Below are positions 39,832 through 64,000 of a DNA stretch of 64,000 bases, one piece after another. Below the pieces are notes generated by a model, which was not told the origin of the DNA, searched no databases, and saw only the letters and a program-made list of their open reading frames with translations. Position 1 is the stretch's first letter. Each line of letters begins with the position of its first letter. The translations under genes were made by a program, and so were the position numbers. Source of the DNA: Tubiluchus corallicola. Taxonomy: Eukaryota; Animalia; Priapulida. Location of the stretch: the NCBI GenBank assembly GCA_030141605.1, contig JAQGDQ010000064.1, forward strand, positions 610,116 through 674,115, read 5' to 3'.

Positions 39832-41586
39832 AAAAACCGCTGCATCATTGTGACTTTACCTGTTTAATAATGGCAAAGATAATTTTGTTGTTGTTTATCT
39901 TGCATTTACGTAGTAGCAACAGATAGTGTTAATTAAATTATTGACATTGTCTTCATAGTCATATCTTTGGAACATTTAAAACATTGTATTATGTTCACAT
40001 TTATTTTTGTTTGAAGCAATTATGAATTATGATAGTAACTTTTACTTTAAAATGCCTGATTGGAGTATAACTCTTCACTTCTTTACTTATTAAATTTTCG
40101 TCTTGCTGTTAAGTACTCTCATCTGTTTTATCAAAATTTTGCAAAGACTATGCTGTCATTTGGATAGTAACAATGTAGAAGGGAAATTAGGGTAATAAAC
40201 GATCTAAATAATCAGTATTGTTAAAAAAATAATAATTGAGGAGCTCTTTATTATTAGTCAGTCAGACATAAGGCTGGCTGAGCTATAATGAGTTGACTGT
40301 TGTAATGATTGATTTGAGTGAGTTGTCAATCTAATTATAAGTGCTAATTAACATTTCGGTTTCATATTACTGTTAATTAATTTTAATTATGTTCTTGTCT
40401 GTTTATTTATTACTGTTTTATAATTTATCTGGTCATAATATAACTATGATTAACATTCACTTTCAAATGAAATATTATCATGTAAAATTTGTGACAAAAG
40501 TTTTGTAAATAAAATTTTGTTCTCTTATTTATAGTTACGGATACATCTGTTTTTGCTTATATAGTTTTGCAAAATTGAGCATTGAAGTAAGTGATAGTAA
40601 AGAAAATTAACACATCTGTTTGCTTATGTTTTTTGCGAATTTGAGCTTGAAGCAGCAGCAGATTTCAAGTTTTAAATTCATAAATTGAAAAGTAAAAGTA
40701 GCTCAAAGGTAAGTGCTAGCTCAGCTTCTATACAGCTTGAAAGCGACCGTATTGCTAGATATGTATGAAAGATTGAGTTTTTCCACAACAGATGGCACTT
40801 TGAAACTAGCTTTTACGTGCTTGTAAGCAGAGGCTTGTGAAACTAAGTCAATGACCCGTCGAATCGCCGCTCACTTGACTGGTACGGTACAAGTACATTG
40901 CAAAAGAGAGTTACACAATTTCCTATGTTTTTGTTCGTCGGACAAGCTCAGTAACTGCAATCACTGCAGTTCTGAGAGTTGTCTTGAGAATTTAATTGTG
41001 GTAGCTCAACAAAACTGGTAACTTCAAGTGCAAATTATAAGTGTACACCAGAATCGAACTGTGAAGTAAATAGCAAAATCAGTGGCATGTGGCATGTATT
41101 TACACCAGACTGTAAGGAAGCTGCTTATTGTTTTTTGTGTAGGACATTCTTTTGTTTCTGTTATCAAGCGTCTATAACTACATTGTAAGTTTACAACGTG
41201 TGTGTTATAAAGTCCACATTGGTATCGTGAAGTAAAAACAGTCGTACTTAATTATATTTAAAACAATCATTGTTTGATTTTGTTGTTTTTTTGTTACAAA
41301 GACTGCAGATTTACTGAAAAACTGTAAAACACGTCGGACATTATGCTACGCAAGCTTTTGATAAAGTAACTTCTGCAAGAATTCTGGAGTGCAAAATGAC
41401 TTCTGTGTACCTGCAGTTTTGTAAACTTTGATTATTGCATTTTTTGTTGAATTTAATAACATTTATATGTCGTGAAGTCTATAAAATTTTATCTACTGTT
41501 GCTGCTTTCGAGAGAAAAGAAACTTGAGTAAGTTCGGGAAAGCGCTAACTTGTTTTACGCACGGCGAGGCATTGCGGGATAGCTTG

Positions 41587-41596
41587 GTCACGTGAC
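41587..41596. promoter_or_regulatory. Perfect GTCACGTGAC palindrome (CLEAR/E-box, MiT-TFE/USF type) in the putative NLK promoter
   Basis: 10/10 palindrome about 240 bp upstream of the NLK ATG, in a CpG-rich patch, overlapping a TGACGT half-CRE. Confidence 0.5.
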
Positions 41597-41832
41597 GTTC
41601 ATTGTGTGACTGAGAAGTGAATCAGCTGTGTTGATTGCTGCTAGTGAACTGACTAAGCGTAGGTGATTTTCCTGGATCTTGCGTGCTGTTACGCTTGTTT
41701 TATACAGTCTACCAGGAAAGTGTTTCTCTTCAAACTTGACTCAGTCACTTATAGAAGATGATCATATCTTAGTATCTGTGAATTGAACACGAGGCTGAAA
41801 TGACCTCACCCTTTTTGTGCTTGCTTTAAATT

Positions 41833-59899
<18,067 letters not shown>

Positions 59900-62328
59900 A
59901 GTGACCAGACTTTAGGAAATTTGCTGCTTATCAATGAACTCTTACACTTCATTGGTGATGAAATTTTGGCAAAGATGTTGCAAGTAGATGATGCAGCTTT
60001 TACAATACTGATGCCAATCCGCACTGATAGAAAATGTAATTTTTTGTAGCTTCTTGTTAAATGCATCGTTGTGAAACTTAACCATATGAGAGAAGTTTAT
60101 TGAAATATTAAACATGTTTGCCTGTGCTGACAGTTACATTCGAAGTTGTGAGCTAGGTGTTTTGGAGTAGCTATGAATGTTTACAATGTAATTATAAATG
60201 ATGAGTGCAATAAGACATTTTTGTTGGCGACAGCTAGTTGGCAAAAGTCACGCAGTCGGTGCTGAGTAACTGCAATCAACCTGTGAAAATAGTGAAGTGG
60301 TACAACATCATACCTATGAAATTCCTTTAGACTTTAGAGCTACTACATGTTGTAATAAAACTGCAGTGCAGAGTGTCAGACTCCTGCTATTTGCGGGCTG
60401 CGTTATAGCGACTGTTGCTTCAAGTGACTGTTCAAAAGTTCACTTAAGTTTCAGCATTGTGATCTTTTGCCTACCAAAAGTGAGAATTGTCCTCGATTGT
60501 GTAAATAAGTCTACTTCTAATTTTTTACTTGTAAATAATGTGAGATGTATCTATGTTTGGTATCGTGATGTTGCTATTATGTTGGATTTTCTATTAAGGA
60601 GAACTTTTACTTGATGAAAAGCTATTTGTATATCTCAGAAACCAGCTTCCGAAGGAAGGAGAATAGAATTAGTGCTGCTCAATTTTGTCCAAAAAGAATT
60701 GGTAAATTATTGCATAAATTTGCATTGATTCCAGTTTACGACTATTTTGCACAATTGCGTGCAGAGAAATAATGCGATTTTTAATTAGGAGAATTGTACA
60801 GGTAATATTTTACTGTGACATTTTTTGAGATTTGATAATTTTTTTACTGAGGAAAAGTGCTCTCATTTTTTGTTTGTAGAGAAATTTCAATAAATATTAA
60901 TTTTAGCTATGTTCAATTTTTTGTGATGAGCTGCTGATAAACAGGTTTTCTCCAATGGTAGCAGTGTTAAATATTTGATATGCTTAAATAATATTTTGCA
61001 GTATTTATTACATGCTTTGTTGTATAGAAAGCACCAAAGTTTTTTATACATAATGACATCTCAGTTCTTATATGTAAAAAGTAAACCTTCTCATTTTAGT
61101 ACAGTTCTTGTGATGCTGTTTTAACTTTTTTATGTAGCAATAAAAATGGGTTTAGGTGGTGGTGGTGGATTTAGATAATAGTTTTTATATAATATTTATA
61201 TTATGATCGTGTTTTTTTACATACCACGGAAGTGCTTTGTGCGTGAATAACTTATAATAAATAATGGATCTAAATTTTGAGGATTTTAAATTCTCATAAG
61301 GTAAGACAAACTGGTAACTTACAACAGTTATTATTATTTAATTTGATTTTTTATCATTTTTGTCAGTTACTCTGCTTTGTGCCTGTTACTTTGACACGTG
61401 TCTGTCTTTTTGAAGACATGTAGTGATGAAACTAATTAGGAAGATATAATGGATGGTTATTTATATTTGCCTTGTTGACAAACTACACTTGCAGCTCATC
61501 TTTTGATAAGCTTGAATCTATGAAATCTAATGAAATACACGTAATAAGGTTTCGTGTGTGATTTGAAAATGGTTGTATGGTTGTAATATTTGACATAATA
61601 TAACCTTTCATCTTAGAAATGACATCTTGATTCTTTAATATCACAACAATTGTTTTACTGTTTTGTGATTTTTTATTTGAATATTATATTTTAAAATCAT
61701 GGACAACTTGAAATAATAACAATAATGATTGTTCGTCTCGCCAGTTATTACTTTTGCATTTAAAATAATGAGAGTGATAATCGTTTTTTTATTCAATACT
61801 TATGCATTTGTAACAAACTGTAAAATTGATCACTGCAACATAATGAAAAAATATAACTGATGTGGATAACAAAATTTACGATGGTTTTTGTTGTCGGTGT
61901 GTGCTTGGTGATACTGTTTAGTTTCCTAACTATAAAGAACTGCTATCAGTCAGCTGTCATTCTGTGTGTTTATTTAAAAGATATTTAAATAAATGCACTG
62001 AATGTCGGTGTGTACTTGAGATGTATTTATTCTGATTTCACGCATCGCATACTTATTAGGAGATATTTTCCTATTGCTAAACAAACAAAATTTTACATGT
62101 ACTGTGTACAATGATGGCAACAAACAAAGTCTGATGTCTCTATTAGCTAGACATTAGATTTTATTAAAAATCGGTACAAATAAAAACAAGTTTGTAATCT
62201 GCATCAAAACAACAAGTTTGTTGTGGAAATTAATGAAGTGAATACACTAGGTTCTACACATAGGTAATAGTAAATTTAATACAATGATGTTTCTCTATTT
62301 GACTAATGTTTCTAAAGGTAGCAATAAC

Positions 62329-62723
62329 TAGTGATGGGCGATTTTGTAATTCGATTATAATCTTGTTCTTGTAATTCGATATCACGATTATTTTTTGCGG
62401 CAATTTTTTTGTGTTATCGTTGTATCTTTTAAACATTGCAGCACTGAAATATAGCCTATAAACTTCATGGGTTCGTCGCTGTCTGCCATTTTCGTACTCA
62501 AACTATTTTTATAGACACCACACATATATTAACTCTACTACTTCATAGGAAAACGTTGAACACTCTTGTAGTCTTAAAATAATTATTTTTGTTTCTTAAA
62601 GAAGCTTTCACCCTAGCGGGCTCCATCAGTTGCATAGACTGTGCTGGTAACCTGTTGAGTCGCCGATTATATCGTATTATACATGTTTGTAATCTCGATT
62701 AATCTATTAATTGTCCATCACTA
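62329..62723. mobile_element. hAT-type MITE (TAGTGATGG family), copy 2
   Basis: TIRs TAGTGATGG / CCATCACTA; TSD GCAATAAC / GTAATAAC; homologous to 26462-26962. Confidence 0.8.
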
Positions 62724-62812
62724 GTAATAACTATTAAAAACGTGGTTGACTCATAGAAATGCTTGAAACTACACGTCCTGTCTAAGTACAGCAATTTCTG
62801 AAAACTTTTCTT

Positions 62813-63887
62813 CTAGACCTTCTGGAAGTATCTGGTCGCCGCATGTGAACCGATTTGCATAGTCTGAAATACAAAAAAATAAATAGATCAATTTCCCAAA
62901 ATGGAAAGACCAAAGAGACCTCACAGAGCCCGAGAGTCGGTGTTTTGTGATCTGCCTGCTTTTCATGCTTTGACATTTCTCCCATTACTGACACCAGAAG
63001 TAAAATGAAATTGGTTAAGTCTAATTAAATAAAGCTAAAAGACCCCTAAAAGAAGCATGTGGTTCGTGTACAATTCAGCCTGAGACAAAAATTGTAACAA
63101 ACTGTAACGAAGTTATCAGCATTTATAGTCTACATGTAGTAGTCATCCACGCGTTAGACATTAAAACTAGGAAATGGGAGAGAACTGAATTAAAGCTTAG
63201 ATCAGGCAATAATGCTTGTCAAAGTTGGAGTCAATTAAGAAAAAATCTGCCATAAGGCAGGCAGTATAATCTGTCTGCATAAAACTTAAATTTCTTGATT
63301 GGTTGGACATGGTTAGGGATTTAGTGACGTCGATAGGTGAATTACTATTCTTAAGAACCTGTAATGTAAGCAGGGTTGGACTTCGGATGTCATGCCTTTT
63401 AGCGTAAGCTAGTAATCTATAAAGATTAAACCGCAGAAACTGCAGCAACGTTCATAAAATAGAAAAATACAGTGTGGTCCAAAAGAAAGAATGTAGTAGA
63501 AATGTAACAAATATGACAAACGAACACAAATTTGAAATTCGTAAGAATATAAAAAATGTGATTATTCTGTTATTATTTTACATTTTTTCACCTTTCGTAC
63601 CATTTAACTTGGTATAATCACGCGTATTGGATTTTGTATGATGTACTCATACTGGTATGCTTATAGCGCGTGTTTGTACACGGTTTATTATCTTGGAACA
63701 ACACCCTGTACTCACAACATTAGTTTAACAACCTTAAATTAAAACTTCTGGGAAATTGGATTTTATGTTAATCAAAACTCACAGCTTTCAGGGTTCCATC
63801 AGCTTGAATTTCCCGAGTGACCGTTTCTGTACCTCTTTCGTCTGAAGCCTTGTGAACCAGCTTTTTTCCGTCTCTTGTAACAATATT
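62813..63887 (-). CDS. Intracellular fatty-acid-binding protein (FABP/iLBP family), last two exons; 5' exons lie beyond the window
   Basis: Exon 63887-63783 NIVTRDGKKLVHKASDERGTETVTREIQADGTLKA (tttacag / gtgagt, phase 0) and exon 62863-62813 TMQIGSHAATRYFQKV* (ttttttgtatttcag). Sizes, phases and motifs fit FABP exons 3 and 4. Confidence 0.85.
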
Positions 63888-63947
63888 CTGTAAATGTGCG
63901 ATCAAAATTATAGTCCCTCAGTCTTTATTCGAAGGTCTAGTTTAGAT

Positions 63948-64000
63948 GCGAGGTGGATAGCCTAGTGGTCACAGCTTGCGATTTGTAGTAGCTATACTTA
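63948..64000 (+). mobile_element. Possible head of a tRNA-derived SINE, cut by the window end
   Basis: A-box match TAGCCTAGTGG; no B-box visible. Confidence 0.25.

Noticed and set aside
60174-60180. TGAATGT miR-181 seed match in the NLK 3' UTR
   Set aside because: miR-181 is not expected in most invertebrates, the species is unknown, and a single 7-mer is weak evidence.
62769-62994. ORF-track peptides at 62769-62966 and 62782-62994
   Set aside because: They are intron read-through or alternative frames over the real FABP terminal exon.

Overview
AT-rich eukaryotic DNA, clearly metazoan and probably invertebrate (inference), with spliceosomal introns and the standard genetic code. Exons were assembled by hand from splice sites and reading-frame phase. 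This gave six genes: TMEM199/VMA12 (+, 3' part), ESS2/DGCR14 (-), SNRNP40 (-), a 517-aa VARP/ANKRD27-like VPS9-domain gene with no ankyrin repeats (+), NLK (+, complete, 433 aa) and the last two exons of a fatty-acid-binding protein (-) that the ORF track misses. Introns and intergenic DNA hold L2/Crack/CR1 and RTE LINE relics, many hAT-type MITEs with 8-bp TSDs, and SINE-like fragments. Best leads: (1) the ankyrin-less VARP-like gene; (2) a U12-type minor intron in NLK; (3) an empty-site plus LINE-filled-site tandem duplication; (4) TMEM199-NLK linkage, also seen at human 17q11.2; (5) two co-oriented spliceosome genes whose start codons each sit just behind a splice acceptor; (6) NLK regulatory signals (perfect CLEAR palindrome, two uORFs, miR-92 site). 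No prokaryotic-type system or CRISPR array is present. No database search was run; gene names come from recognised protein motifs.
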